Assembly (NCBI GenBank): GCA_019659125.1
Contig: JAIFVX010000001.1
Coordinates: 15,437 to 79,436 of the forward strand
Direction of reading: 5' to 3'
DNA length: 64,000 nt
Source of the DNA: Candidatus Pacearchaeota archaeon
Lineage (GTDB): Archaea > Nanobdellota > Nanobdellia > Pacearchaeales > GW2011-AR1
Under the pieces are notes generated by a model. That model was given only the letters and a program-made list of their open reading frames with translations, searched no databases and was not told the origin of the DNA. Below are positions 37,531 through 47,000 of this stretch, piece after piece (position 1 is the first letter of the stretch; each line of letters begins with the position of its first letter). The position numbers and the translations under genes were made by a program.

Positions 37531-38427
37531 ATGCCTCAAAAATTATCATTCGAAGACGAGATTGCGAAAAACAAGATAAAATCAACGATCCTCATAGGTG
37601 TTGTCATCATTGTTTTCGTTCTTCTAGGATATATCATTGCAAGCATCCTTGACCCTTCATTCTTTTTTGGAATTATGATCATCTCCATCATCATCTCTTT
37701 GAGTTATACACTTATCAGCTATTACAACTCAGACAAGATCGCCCTGGCAAGTGTCAATGCAAAGCCAGCATCACCTCATGAACACAAAGCTCTTCTGAAT
37801 GTAGTTGAAAACATGGCTCTCGCTTCTGGTTTGCCGATGCCCAAGGTCTATGTCATGGAATCCGAGCAGATCAATGCTTTTGCCTCAGGCAGGGATCCGC
37901 ACCATGCAGTCATTTGTGTCACCTCTGGAGCTTTAAGAAAGCTCACCAAGCAAGAGCTTGAAGGAGTTATTGCTCACGAGATGTCTCATATCGCCAACTT
38001 CGATATTCGATTTATGACGCTTGCAGCAGTTCTCATAGGGATGATCTCTATCCTTGCAGAAATATTTCTTAGGAGTCTCTGGATGGCGGGAGATAAGGAA
38101 GATAGAAAAGGAGGGATTCTTATTATTGTAGGAATTATTTTTGCTATCCTCGCCCCTCTCCTTTCAAGACTTGTAGCCCTTACCATCTCAAGGAAGAGAG
38201 AATATACTGCAGATGCAACGGGAGTGAAGTTCACCCGTTATCCTCCGGGACTGGCAAATGCTTTAAAGAAGATAAAGCAGGAACATATTAATCCAAATGA
38301 TGTAAAAAGATATCCGAAAGCAGTCGCTCCTCTTTTCATCTCGGATCCTTTCAAGAAAAGAATTCAGACACTGATGTCAACTCATCCCGATATTAATGAT
38401 AGGATTTCCAGGCTCGAGCGAATGTAA
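37531..38427 (+). CDS. htpX: HtpX-like M48 zinc metalloprotease
   Basis: NAFASG, AHEMSH, SRKREYTAD, STHPDINDRI. Confidence 0.92.
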   Translation: MPQKLSFEDEIAKNKIKSTILIGVVIIVFVLLGYIIASILDPSFFFGIMIISIIISLSYTLISYYNSDKIALASVNAKPASPHEHKALLNVVENMALASGLPMPKVYVMESEQINAFASGRDPHHAVICVTSGALRKLTKQELEGVIAHEMSHIANFDIRFMTLAAVLIGMISILAEIFLRSLWMAGDKEDRKGGILIIVGIIFAILAPLLSRLVALTISRKREYTADATGVKFTRYPPGLANALKKIKQEHINPNDVKRYPKAVAPLFISDPFKKRIQTLMSTHPDINDRISRLERM

Positions 38428-38458
38428 AATTTATAAATCTGATAGTTATTACTAGAAT

Positions 38459-38752
38459 ATGAAGTTTTCCGAGCAATGTTATGCAGTATTAAAGAAAGTG
38501 CCAAAGGGTAAAGTGACGACGTATAAAGAGATAGCACACACGTTGAACACAAAAGCATACCGCGCAGTTGGTAACGCGATGAATAAGAATCCTTATGCTC
38601 CTGAGGTGCCCTGCCACCGAGTCGTCAATGCAGATGGAAGGCTAGGAGGGTTTGCATACGGCAAGGAAAGAAAAATAAAACTTCTGAAAGAAGAAGGAAT
38701 AAAGATTGAAAAGGGAACTGTTGATCTGAAGACGTATCTTCATCAGTTCTAA
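38459..38752 (+). CDS. ogt: O6-alkylguanine DNA alkyltransferase (C-terminal domain only)
   Basis: VPKGKVTTY, RAVGNAM, PCHRV active-site motif. Confidence 0.9.
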   Translation: MKFSEQCYAVLKKVPKGKVTTYKEIAHTLNTKAYRAVGNAMNKNPYAPEVPCHRVVNADGRLGGFAYGKERKIKLLKEEGIKIEKGTVDLKTYLHQF

Positions 38753-38797
38753 TAATAGTTCGCATAGATTGAAATACAATGCTATCCTCTTCTTTCT

Positions 38798-39361
38798 ATG
38801 ATGCTTCAGGAAGAATTCTTCAATAGAAGTACCATCCAGGTGGCGAAAGACATGCTGGGATGTTACATTGTATCAGAGTCCAAGGAAGGAAGGACGGTGG
38901 GAAAGATAGTGGAAACGGAAGCGTATCTCTCAGATGATCCGGGCTCGCACACCTTCAAGGGAAAAACAAAAAGGAATGAAGTGATGTTCGGACCTCCAGG
39001 AAGAGCTTATGTCTATTTCATTTATGGAGCACATCATTGCATCAATATAGTTACTCAAAAAGCAGGGATGGGTGAGGCAGTGTTGATTCGTGCACTCGAA
39101 CCGATCTCAGGGATCGACATCATGAAAAAGAGGAGAGGAAAAGAGGATATTTATGAGTTGTGCAGTGGCCCTGGCAAGCTTGTCGTCGCTCTCGGTATAG
39201 ATAAAACATTTAACGGCCTTGAGTTGAATAAGCGGATAAAAATGCTTGAGCAACAGGAAAAGCCGACTATTGTTGCAACAACCCGTGTTGGCCTTTCAAA
39301 TGGAAAAGACCTTCCCTATCGCTTCTACATCCGAGATAACCCATTTATCTCAAGAAAATAA
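38798..39361 (+). CDS. mpg: 3-methyladenine DNA glycosylase (MPG/AAG family)
   Basis: IVETEAY, YVYFIYG, AVLIRALEP, GPGKL, TRVG. Confidence 0.93.
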   Translation: MMLQEEFFNRSTIQVAKDMLGCYIVSESKEGRTVGKIVETEAYLSDDPGSHTFKGKTKRNEVMFGPPGRAYVYFIYGAHHCINIVTQKAGMGEAVLIRALEPISGIDIMKKRRGKEDIYELCSGPGKLVVALGIDKTFNGLELNKRIKMLEQQEKPTIVATTRVGLSNGKDLPYRFYIRDNPFISRK

Positions 39362-39394
39362 TAAGGCTTAAATATTGTCTTTCGTTACAGTAGT

Positions 39395-39832
39395 ATGCCT
39401 AAAAAGGTCATCAAAAAATCCTCTGAAAAGAAACTTCAGGGTATTGAAGGATGGATTATTGTCTACTTGATAATGATTGTATTCTGGGCAGTCGGAGTAA
39501 TTTACTTTTTTATTGCAGTTCCTTTGATAAATGATTTGGTTGCTTCCGATGATTACGGTCTTGCAGGAGTATTACATACCGGTATGGTTGCATGGTTCTT
39601 CGTGTTTCTCATTACTATGTACTTCACCTTCAAGAAAAGAAAGGCAGCGATTCAGTGGAACATAGGGTTAATAGTTTTCTATGCCATAATTGTCTTTCTG
39701 ATGAACTCAGTTTATTCTTCTCTCATCCAGCAGTCCGGAGTAAGTAATCCTATTACAGCTTACGTACTTCCCCTCGCTTGGCTGTGGTACTGGAATTCTT
39801 CTATAAGAGTAAAGAACACATTTGTTAATTAA
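39395..39832 (+). CDS. Membrane protein (DUF2569-like)
   Basis: GIEGWII, four TM segments, WYWNSSIRVKNTF. Confidence 0.65.
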   Translation: MPKKVIKKSSEKKLQGIEGWIIVYLIMIVFWAVGVIYFFIAVPLINDLVASDDYGLAGVLHTGMVAWFFVFLITMYFTFKKRKAAIQWNIGLIVFYAIIVFLMNSVYSSLIQQSGVSNPITAYVLPLAWLWYWNSSIRVKNTFVN

Positions 39833-39838
39833 TATAAC

Positions 39839-39912
39839 TGGGAATGCCGGGATTCGCACCCGGGTCGGACGCACCCCATGCGCCAATCATAACTAAGCTA
39901 GACCACATCCCC
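39839..39912 (-). tRNA. tRNA-Pro(GGG)
   Basis: GGGGATG/CATTCCC acceptor stem, GGCGC-ATGGGGT-GCGTC anticodon arm, CCGGG-TGCGAAT-CCCGG T arm. Confidence 0.9.
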
Positions 39913-39965
39913 TGAATTATTTTAAAATTGGAAATGTTTAAATAACCTCTCTAGGAGATAAGAGC

Positions 39966-40409
39966 ATGGAACCTACGCCAAACATTCCTATTATAAGACA
40001 TCATAGCGACTTGCTGAGCAAGGATGCTATGCGAGTTGCCCAAGGTTATTCCGTTGACCTTGGTGAAATGCCTGCATTAATTTATTTAGGAAACTCAGTA
40101 GGAAACACAGATCTAAAAGATTTCGCCAGAGCCAAAGGAATGAGGATAGCGACCAGCTCAATGGCAGCATGTGCGCTCGTGGAGTATGAACTCATAGAAC
40201 GAGAGACATTTCAGATGCCCTATATAGTAAAAACATTGATAGAAATTGCAGGTGGAGACCGAAGCGCTCTTAAACCAGGTGTTAAAGAAGATGATATTGC
40301 CTATCAGCTGTTTGAAAGAGATAATACTCCCGCGGAAGAACTTAGAGAACAAGGAAAACAATTTGAGCAACTTGCTAACTATCTTGCTCACCTTCGGATT
40401 GAGAATTAG
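39966..40409 (+). CDS. Hypothetical protein
   Basis: 147-aa ORF with an upstream TTTAAAATA box. Confidence 0.65.
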   Translation: MEPTPNIPIIRHHSDLLSKDAMRVAQGYSVDLGEMPALIYLGNSVGNTDLKDFARAKGMRIATSSMAACALVEYELIERETFQMPYIVKTLIEIAGGDRSALKPGVKEDDIAYQLFERDNTPAEELREQGKQFEQLANYLAHLRIEN

Positions 40410-40456
40410 GGTAAATCTTTATACTAGAGTATGTAAAAAAGCAGTTATAAAATTAT

Positions 40457-40864
40457 CTAGTTGCAGAGGATAGAACAAGAATCAGTATCAGCTAGATAGA
40501 AAACTTCAATAGGTCCACATCTTAGATTGTTTTCACCAAAGACGGGAAACGTCTGTGTACAGGAGATGAGATCGGATCCATCAAGATTACTTAATGTTGC
40601 ATCAACAGTGAGGTTATCTCCTACATTGAGATTGTGAAGATTTACATGTCTGGTAATGGTAGAAGATAGATTCTCCGTAATTACAAAATGCCCTCCAATA
40701 TGTTTTCCATTAAATTCTACAGTCGCTTCCTTCTCAAAAGAGCCATTCGTGAAGACAGGACGAGGTTTTATCTGAAGAAGAATTCCAGAGCTGGTTGCAA
40801 CCGCAAGAGCAGTGCCAAGTAAGATGCCGATGATTGTAGTTATGGTTATTTTTTTAAGAATCAT
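40457..40864 (-). CDS. Secreted or membrane-anchored beta-rich hypothetical protein
   Basis: N-terminal hydrophobic signal, four Cys in the C-terminal part. Confidence 0.65.
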   Translation of the reverse strand: MILKKITITTIIGILLGTALAVATSSGILLQIKPRPVFTNGSFEKEATVEFNGKHIGGHFVITENLSSTITRHVNLHNLNVGDNLTVDATLSNLDGSDLISCTQTFPVFGENNLRCGPIEVFYLADTDSCSILCN

Positions 40865-40905
40865 GTATGAATAAAGCCGTTTCTCTATAAATACCTTTCC
40901 AATAA

Positions 40906-41412
40906 CTATTTCACCCGTTTGACTCTTTGCGCTTTCTGGATGTTTCTGCTTCGCGCTCTTTTTTGTGCAGGAGTAGGCTTTTCTCGTTCGGGAACATTTC
41001 TTTTATCCTTAGCTCTAAAAACATCTCCTTTCACATGAGTTGGTGTAGAAGAAAGGTTATCTAGAATTTTTCGTGTCGAAGGAGAATCCCCCTTTAGTTT
41101 GCCATTCTCCACATGGGCATCTTCCTTGCTGATGAGCCATGCCTGCGTATCCCAACTTCCGCTTCTCCGTTTCCCGGCAAGACGCTGTGAATGACCTTTT
41201 CTTCCAACATCTTGAATACGGAACATAGTGAACTCGCTTTTTGGTCTAACAACAACACGATAATAGTGACCTCTTCCTGTAGTACCTGGTTTTGCTCGCG
41301 TTCTTCCTTCAGGCTGAGCAAGAGCCCTTGCTCGAGGAGACATACGTCTCCATGTCTCCTGTGCCTTCCGTATATTACGTCGTGGAAAAAATAATTGTCG
41401 TAAAGAAGCCAT
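40906..41412 (-). CDS. Very basic hypothetical protein
   Basis: 168 aa, Arg/Lys-rich, with a globular core YRVVVRPKSEF..FR..DVG..GH.QRLAG.R.SGSWDTQAWLISK. Confidence 0.75.
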   Translation of the reverse strand: MASLRQLFFPRRNIRKAQETWRRMSPRARALAQPEGRTRAKPGTTGRGHYYRVVVRPKSEFTMFRIQDVGRKGHSQRLAGKRRSGSWDTQAWLISKEDAHVENGKLKGDSPSTRKILDNLSSTPTHVKGDVFRAKDKRNVPEREKPTPAQKRARSRNIQKAQRVKRVK

Positions 41413-41486
41413 GTAAGAAAGTAGTCGCTGAAATATAAATAATTTGTGTTGGCAGAAAGTAATTTATACATCCAGCTTCTTCATCG

Positions 41487-42134
41487 ATGATGGAATATAA
41501 TGTAAGAGTGATATCGAACGATTTTATTGCACCAAACATAAAGATGCTACGGATAGAGAAGCCTCTGGGATTGCAGTTTGTCCCAGGGCATGCAGCGATG
41601 CTCTCACTTGAATCGCATAGGAATGTTGTAAGTCCCTTCTCGATCACTTCCCATAATGCTGATCCATATCTGGAATTTATCATTAAGAGATATAGAGAGG
41701 GTATTACGGAGAAATTTCATGCTCTGCAACCAGGAGATAAGCTTGCAATCACTGCATTGTTTGGAGCCCATAGATATACGGGTGCAGGAGTATTTATTGC
41801 TGCAGGAACTGGTATAAACCCGTTCTTAGCTATGTTAAGAGAACTACATTCAACTAATAATCTAGATAATCATTCTCTTATCTATTCGGTAAAGAAGCAT
41901 GAAGATATCATTCTTGAATCTGAATTAAAAGAAATGCTCGGAGACAAATGTATAATTACATTGACGCAAGAGGAAAAGCAAGGATATCATCACGGAAGAA
42001 TTGATATATCGTTGTTAAAGGAAAAAATAAAAGATTTCAATGAGGAATTTTATGTCTGTGGTTCCCTTAAGTTTACGAAGGACATAAAGTCAATCCTCGC
42101 AGAAATAAAGCATAAGATATATAAAGCTCTTTGA
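41487..42134 (+). CDS. Ferredoxin/flavodoxin-NADP reductase-like FAD oxidoreductase
   Basis: FVPGH, PFSITS, FIAAGTGINPF, GRID, FYVCGS. Confidence 0.88.
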   Translation: MMEYNVRVISNDFIAPNIKMLRIEKPLGLQFVPGHAAMLSLESHRNVVSPFSITSHNADPYLEFIIKRYREGITEKFHALQPGDKLAITALFGAHRYTGAGVFIAAGTGINPFLAMLRELHSTNNLDNHSLIYSVKKHEDIILESELKEMLGDKCIITLTQEEKQGYHHGRIDISLLKEKIKDFNEEFYVCGSLKFTKDIKSILAEIKHKIYKAL

Positions 42135-42271
42135 CCTCTGAAATTTATGAACGTAAAAGAGATGAGTGATTGGAATAATTCTATTAAGCATTATAATACA
42201 TGTACCTTTGCCCTCGTGGCGATGTTGTCCAGGTAATTTCGTAACATTTCTCTGTTCCTGCATAACACCCT

Positions 42272-42571
42272 ATGACACTAAATATCTATTCTCATGTTTT
42301 TGAACTCCCGATCACAAAAGTGGAAACACTCCTTCCCTCTGCTTTGCTTGAAGAGATGAAAGAGTTTATGGAACGAAATACCTTAGCAGTATCTCGGCAA
42401 GCGGGAAAAAAGAAAATTCACTGCTGTACACGTTGCTTAAAGGCTCATGCTTTGAAGACAGCGAAGGAAATGAACTTTTTGTACCTGGAAAAATTAATTG
42501 ATAGAATCATCGAAGCAGAAGCAGGGCACAATGGCTATTATATGGATGAGGATGACCTGATTAAGATTTGA
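42272..42571 (+). CDS. Hypothetical protein
   Basis: 99-aa ORF with CCTRC; converges on the next gene. Confidence 0.45.
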   Translation: MTLNIYSHVFELPITKVETLLPSALLEEMKEFMERNTLAVSRQAGKKKIHCCTRCLKAHALKTAKEMNFLYLEKLIDRIIEAEAGHNGYYMDEDDLIKI

Positions 42572-44498
42572 ATCCTCTTTGCCGGTCGACGAATCGGGAG
42601 ACAAATTCCTTATGTCTGTCACGATCAATGACCTTGATAAGTCTCCAGAGATTTCTTCCCTCAACAAGTTCAGCCTTTATCTTTCCAAGCGCCTTATTTC
42701 TTACAAATTCCGAGATGAATATGTCATTGCTGGCATATTCGGCAAAGTTCTTTGCTGCCGGAAGCGTGTTGCCCCATGAGCTGAATTTTACTTTCCCTTC
42801 AGAGCTTTCGGCAATAAGATCTCCCTTGTGGACTGAGATCCCAAATTCAATCTTCTGTGAGTGATATTTGTTATACTCAAGCAGCGTAGCTTCGATATCG
42901 CTGGCAGCGCTTAATGCTTGTATGACGATATCTTCCTTTATCAATGCAGGTGAAAATACCATGACTCGATATGCTCCGTCAAGGTAGATCTTTGCCCCTA
43001 ATCCGCGTGCTCTCACAAGAGCTTTATCAACAGCTGCAAGAGCATCTGCTGTTCCAGAGAGATTAGCAATATTCTTTACCTTCAGACACACGACTGCAGA
43101 GTCAACCTTTTCAGTCTTAGGAACCATGATTGGCTGTCCCATAGGTCGTGTACTGACAGGTGGCGCGACATAGGTATTTCCAAGCCGTGGCCTTCGTACT
43201 CGTCTGATGATCGCGATGACAATGATTGCAACAAGGACAATAATTATGAATGCAATCCAGAAGTATGTGCTTCCAGGATCTAAGGCCTCTAAGTCTTGTA
43301 CTGAGATCGCCCTGCCCGTGAGTGATGCAACTCCAAGACTTGTACTCTTCTGTCCATCCTGAACCTGAATGGAGTATTCTCCACGAGGTGCATATAATGA
43401 GTATCGTTTCGACTCCCCTACTTCTAGCGATATATCTCGTACTTCTTTTGTATCACCAATAGAAAGCTCAACAAGCTTGTGATAAGGTACGTTTCCTATA
43501 TTGAGAATGCTTATGGTATTGTTATCGCGTATGAACAATGCCTCTTCGTGTTCCTCAACCGAAAAGCTCTTGGTAACAAGGAAATTTCCAAAGTTTGCTG
43601 ATATCTTCCAATTTCCTGGAGTTGCATTAGATTCAAGCTTGTATGCTTGCGCATCCCCAGCTCGTGCAATGCCTCTAAATACACTCGTTCCCCGAGGATC
43701 AGAAAGTGCAATACCAATATCTCCTGTTGCAGGGGCGCCTGACTGATCATAGAGCAAGGCAGTGTAGGTCAATTCCTCTCCAGGAATGACGCTGACAGTA
43801 CTGAGAGCAATATCACTGCTCCGCACAAGCTGTCGCACTCTAAAGAACGTTGTTGCATCTCCTGTATTGATAATCTGGGAGCTGCTGTCTTTTTCATATG
43901 CATTGATTTGCGCTACATAATTTCCTGGAATTGCATCTCCAGGTATGGTAATAACCATGTTGAATGCACCTGCATGAACTGCAGTGAGAAAACTTATATT
44001 GAGAGGCTCTAAGAAAACTGAAGCATAACCTTCAAGGCCTGCACTGTTCCCTTTGATTGCTGTTCCGGAAAGGGATATGGTCTCGCCAGGAGAAAAAACG
44101 CTACCGTTGACTTCCACAAGGACATCGATTCCTTTGCTAATAAGAAATGTCTGAGTATCATGGGCAGCTTCATCCCATTCTACTCGCAAAAAGCATTCAC
44201 CTCCCATCTCCCCGATAAGAGCGCTATCAAGGGTAATTGAAAGAGGAATGGTCTTGGTTTCTCCTGCCTGAAGGGTATAAGGACTTCTGTAAAGTTCAAG
44301 CTCGGCAGCACCACAGAACAACTTTAAGCTTAAATAATCGCTAACGGTGTTTGCAGCATCCATCGTAGCACTGAGAGTGAGCGTGTCTCCCTTACTGTAT
44401 AATGAGTTCGGCTGGGTAAATGATACCTCTGCAGCAGCCATGGGAATGACAAATAAAACTAATAAAATAACGAACAACCCTTTTTTATCAAACCTCAT
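42561..44498 (-). CDS. Single-pass surface protein: signal peptide, Ig-like repeats, TM helix, degenerate class III nucleotide cyclase domain
   Basis: Start at ATG 44498; beta-sandwich motifs (PGNYVAQI, PGNWKISA), TM FWIAFIIIVLVAIIVIAII, C-terminal FGISVHKGDLI...WGNTL..A...IFISE. Confidence 0.75.
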   Translation of the reverse strand: MRFDKKGLFVILLVLFVIPMAAAEVSFTQPNSLYSKGDTLTLSATMDAANTVSDYLSLKLFCGAAELELYRSPYTLQAGETKTIPLSITLDSALIGEMGGECFLRVEWDEAAHDTQTFLISKGIDVLVEVNGSVFSPGETISLSGTAIKGNSAGLEGYASVFLEPLNISFLTAVHAGAFNMVITIPGDAIPGNYVAQINAYEKDSSSQIINTGDATTFFRVRQLVRSSDIALSTVSVIPGEELTYTALLYDQSGAPATGDIGIALSDPRGTSVFRGIARAGDAQAYKLESNATPGNWKISANFGNFLVTKSFSVEEHEEALFIRDNNTISILNIGNVPYHKLVELSIGDTKEVRDISLEVGESKRYSLYAPRGEYSIQVQDGQKSTSLGVASLTGRAISVQDLEALDPGSTYFWIAFIIIVLVAIIVIAIIRRVRRPRLGNTYVAPPVSTRPMGQPIMVPKTEKVDSAVVCLKVKNIANLSGTADALAAVDKALVRARGLGAKIYLDGAYRVMVFSPALIKEDIVIQALSAASDIEATLLEYNKYHSQKIEFGISVHKGDLIAESSEGKVKFSSWGNTLPAAKNFAEYASNDIFISEFVRNKALGKIKAELVEGRNLWRLIKVIDRDRHKEFVSRFVDRQRGFKS

Positions 44499-44571
44499 CG
44501 TTTTATCCCGTATTTTTTCTATATAAACCTTGTGCACCAATATTTATAAATCATCCCCTATCATAAAACTC

Positions 44572-45123
44572 ATGGATAGATTTTCGGCACTCCACCTTCT
44601 ACATGAATATGTAACATCTGAAAGTATACGAAGGCATTGCTATGCGGTAGCTGCTTCAATGGAAGCTTATGCGGAGAAATACCATGAAAGCAAGGATGCA
44701 TGGTGGATAACAGGATTACTGCATGATTTTGATTACGAGAAATACCCTACCATTCCGGAGCATGTTACTGAGGGCGTAAAAATCCTCAAGGCTAAAGGAT
44801 ACCTGCATGAGATGATAGAAGCTATTCAAGGTCATGTAGACTATCTTGGAGTTCCAAGAAAAAGCTTGATGGCAAAAACATTGTTTGCAGTTGATGAATT
44901 GTCAGGGTTTGTTGTTGCACTTGCTAAAGTGAGGCAAGACAGATTTACCACTATGGATGCGGAATCAGTGAAGAAAGCACTGAAAAAGAAGGGATTTGCA
45001 GCAGCAATAAACAGAGACTATATCGAAAAAGGCATTGCAGAGCTCGAAGTCAATAAAGAAGAGCATTTCAATCTCGTTATTCATGCGCTAAAGAAAATCC
45101 AGAAAGATCTCGGCTTTACCTAA
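44572..45123 (+). CDS. HD-superfamily hydrolase (COG2316-like)
   Basis: RHCYAV, GLLHDFDYE, LFAVDELSG, FAAAINR. Confidence 0.88.
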   Translation: MDRFSALHLLHEYVTSESIRRHCYAVAASMEAYAEKYHESKDAWWITGLLHDFDYEKYPTIPEHVTEGVKILKAKGYLHEMIEAIQGHVDYLGVPRKSLMAKTLFAVDELSGFVVALAKVRQDRFTTMDAESVKKALKKKGFAAAINRDYIEKGIAELEVNKEEHFNLVIHALKKIQKDLGFT

Positions 45124-45154
45124 TGTTTATAAATCTAAAACCCATGAGATAGCG

Positions 45155-46294
45155 ATGAAAGAAGAGTTCAGTGTCACTCCATGGGATATTAAGGGAGATA
45201 TTGATTACGACAAACTCATAAAGAAGTTTGGTGTTGAGCCTCTAACTCCATCATTATTAAAAAGGATTGAGAAGACTGTCGGGGAATCCCATTTCATGCT
45301 ACGAAGAGGTATTTTCTTTGCTCATAGGGATATGGAATGGATTCTTGATGAGTACGGAAAAGTAAAGGGCCCTCAACAGGAAAAATTCTTCCTTTACACA
45401 GGAAGAGCTCCCTCAGGTCCAGTTCATATTGGTCATCTTGTTCCATGGGTTTTTACAAAATGGCTGCAAGACAAATTTAATGCTGAACTCTGGTTCCAGT
45501 TTCCCGATGAGGAAAAAGTGCTCATGAAGCAGGATATTACATTCGAAGATACGGCAAAGTACCTGAAAGAGAATATGCTTGATGTGATCGCACTAGGCTT
45601 TAACCCGAAGAAGACCCATTTTCTTATTGACACAAAGCATGCCAATCTGATGTACAAGGAAGCATGCAAGGTCGCTAAGAAAATAACGTTTTCGATGGTG
45701 AAAGCATCATTTGGTCTTAATGAGCAATCTAACATCGGCTCCATATTCTACACTGCTATGCAGGCAGTCCCAGCATTTTTGCCTTCCATTCTATCAAAAC
45801 GGGAAACTCCCTGCCTTATTCCTCACGCCATAGATCAAGATCCTCATTTCAGGCTGACGAGAGATATCTTACCAAAGTTAGGACATTACAAACCAGCATC
45901 AATACAATGCTCCTTCCTTCCCCCATTACAAGGTCGTGGAAAGATGAGCTCTTCCGAAGGTACTGCAATTTACACTACAGACTCCCCTGAAGACGTTGCG
46001 AAGAAGATAAACAAATACGCATTCTCAGGAGGAAAAGATACTCTGGAAGAGCATAGGAAAAAAGGCGGGAACCCTGACATCGATATCTCATTCCAGTATC
46101 TAAGATATTTGTTCGAGCCTGATGACAAGAAGCTTGAGAAAATATACAAAGATTATAAGTCGGGAAAGCTCCTTTCAGGAGATCTAAAGAAAATGACCAT
46201 TGAGAAGATCAATGCCTTCCTCAAAGATCATCAGGAAAAGAGAAAGCACGCAGAACAATTCCTCAACGCATTTATTCTCGAGACGAACGACTAG
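45155..46294 (+). CDS. trpS: Tryptophanyl-tRNA synthetase (archaeal/eukaryotic type)
   Basis: VTPW, YTGRAPS, HIGH, AIDQDPHFR, KMSSS, YAFSGG. Confidence 0.96.
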   Translation: MKEEFSVTPWDIKGDIDYDKLIKKFGVEPLTPSLLKRIEKTVGESHFMLRRGIFFAHRDMEWILDEYGKVKGPQQEKFFLYTGRAPSGPVHIGHLVPWVFTKWLQDKFNAELWFQFPDEEKVLMKQDITFEDTAKYLKENMLDVIALGFNPKKTHFLIDTKHANLMYKEACKVAKKITFSMVKASFGLNEQSNIGSIFYTAMQAVPAFLPSILSKRETPCLIPHAIDQDPHFRLTRDILPKLGHYKPASIQCSFLPPLQGRGKMSSSEGTAIYTTDSPEDVAKKINKYAFSGGKDTLEEHRKKGGNPDIDISFQYLRYLFEPDDKKLEKIYKDYKSGKLLSGDLKKMTIEKINAFLKDHQEKRKHAEQFLNAFILETND

Positions 46295-47000
46295 AATCGA
46301 CTGATTTCATGAGTTTGTAAAGAGCAGGACCTCGTGTCTTAGTCTGATGATACCACTTTGAATCTTTCATCTCTTGAGCGGCAGTTTGATAATCTCCCTT
46401 ATTAATTGCCGTGATGAATTTCTGAAATCCCTCGAACCTTCGAGGTCCCAGGTTGAACATCATATCAGCAACTACTACTTTTACTGCATCAGGTTTACTA
46501 TCATAATCATGGATATAGTGTCGAGCGTGTTTTTCGGCTTCCCTGAGGTCGTGTTCAAATAGTGTATAGATTTGGTCTTGTGATAGGGCTTCCTTCCCTT
46601 GAAGAATTTCGTTATAGTTTGCTCCTACAGATTGAATGAGGTGTGGAGCGTCTTTTCTCTTTAGATTGAATCCAATTCCAATAGTGGGGATCTTTTCGGT
46701 GTCGAAATATCGAACAGGTTTATATCCTTCCTCAACTTTCAGTCTCGTACGCAGCTCATTACGATAAGACTCTTGCCTGATAAGAGGTTTTGATAATGAC
46801 TGAACTTTTTCCTCAAGCTTAGACATTTGTGTTGTAGGGATTTCCTCAGCAGGCTCTTGGATTCCCAGTGTAGGGGGAACCCAGTTAGGATCATACGTAT
46901 CTTCAGGCTTAGAGGAAGGTTGTATACTATAAAGAAACCCGCCTGCAACTACAGACAAGAAACCGGCCATGCCTATCATCCCTTTAGTAACTTTGTTCAT
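46272..47000 (-). CDS. Membrane-anchored T4-type lysozyme (GH24)
   Basis: EEG...YFDTEKIPTIGIG has T4 E11/D20/T26 spacing; DMMFNLG; AAQEMKDSKWYHQTKTR; N-terminal hydrophobic anchor. Confidence 0.9.
   Translation of the reverse strand: MNKVTKGMIGMAGFLSVVAGGFLYSIQPSSKPEDTYDPNWVPPTLGIQEPAEEIPTTQMSKLEEKVQSLSKPLIRQESYRNELRTRLKVEEGYKPVRYFDTEKIPTIGIGFNLKRKDAPHLIQSVGANYNEILQGKEALSQDQIYTLFEHDLREAEKHARHYIHDYDSKPDAVKVVVADMMFNLGPRRFEGFQKFITAINKGDYQTAAQEMKDSKWYHQTKTRGPALYKLMKSVDSSRSSRE

Noticed and set aside
42147-42236. 29-codon ORF upstream of the 42272 gene
   Set aside because: Too short, no motif, and not in frame with the downstream ORF
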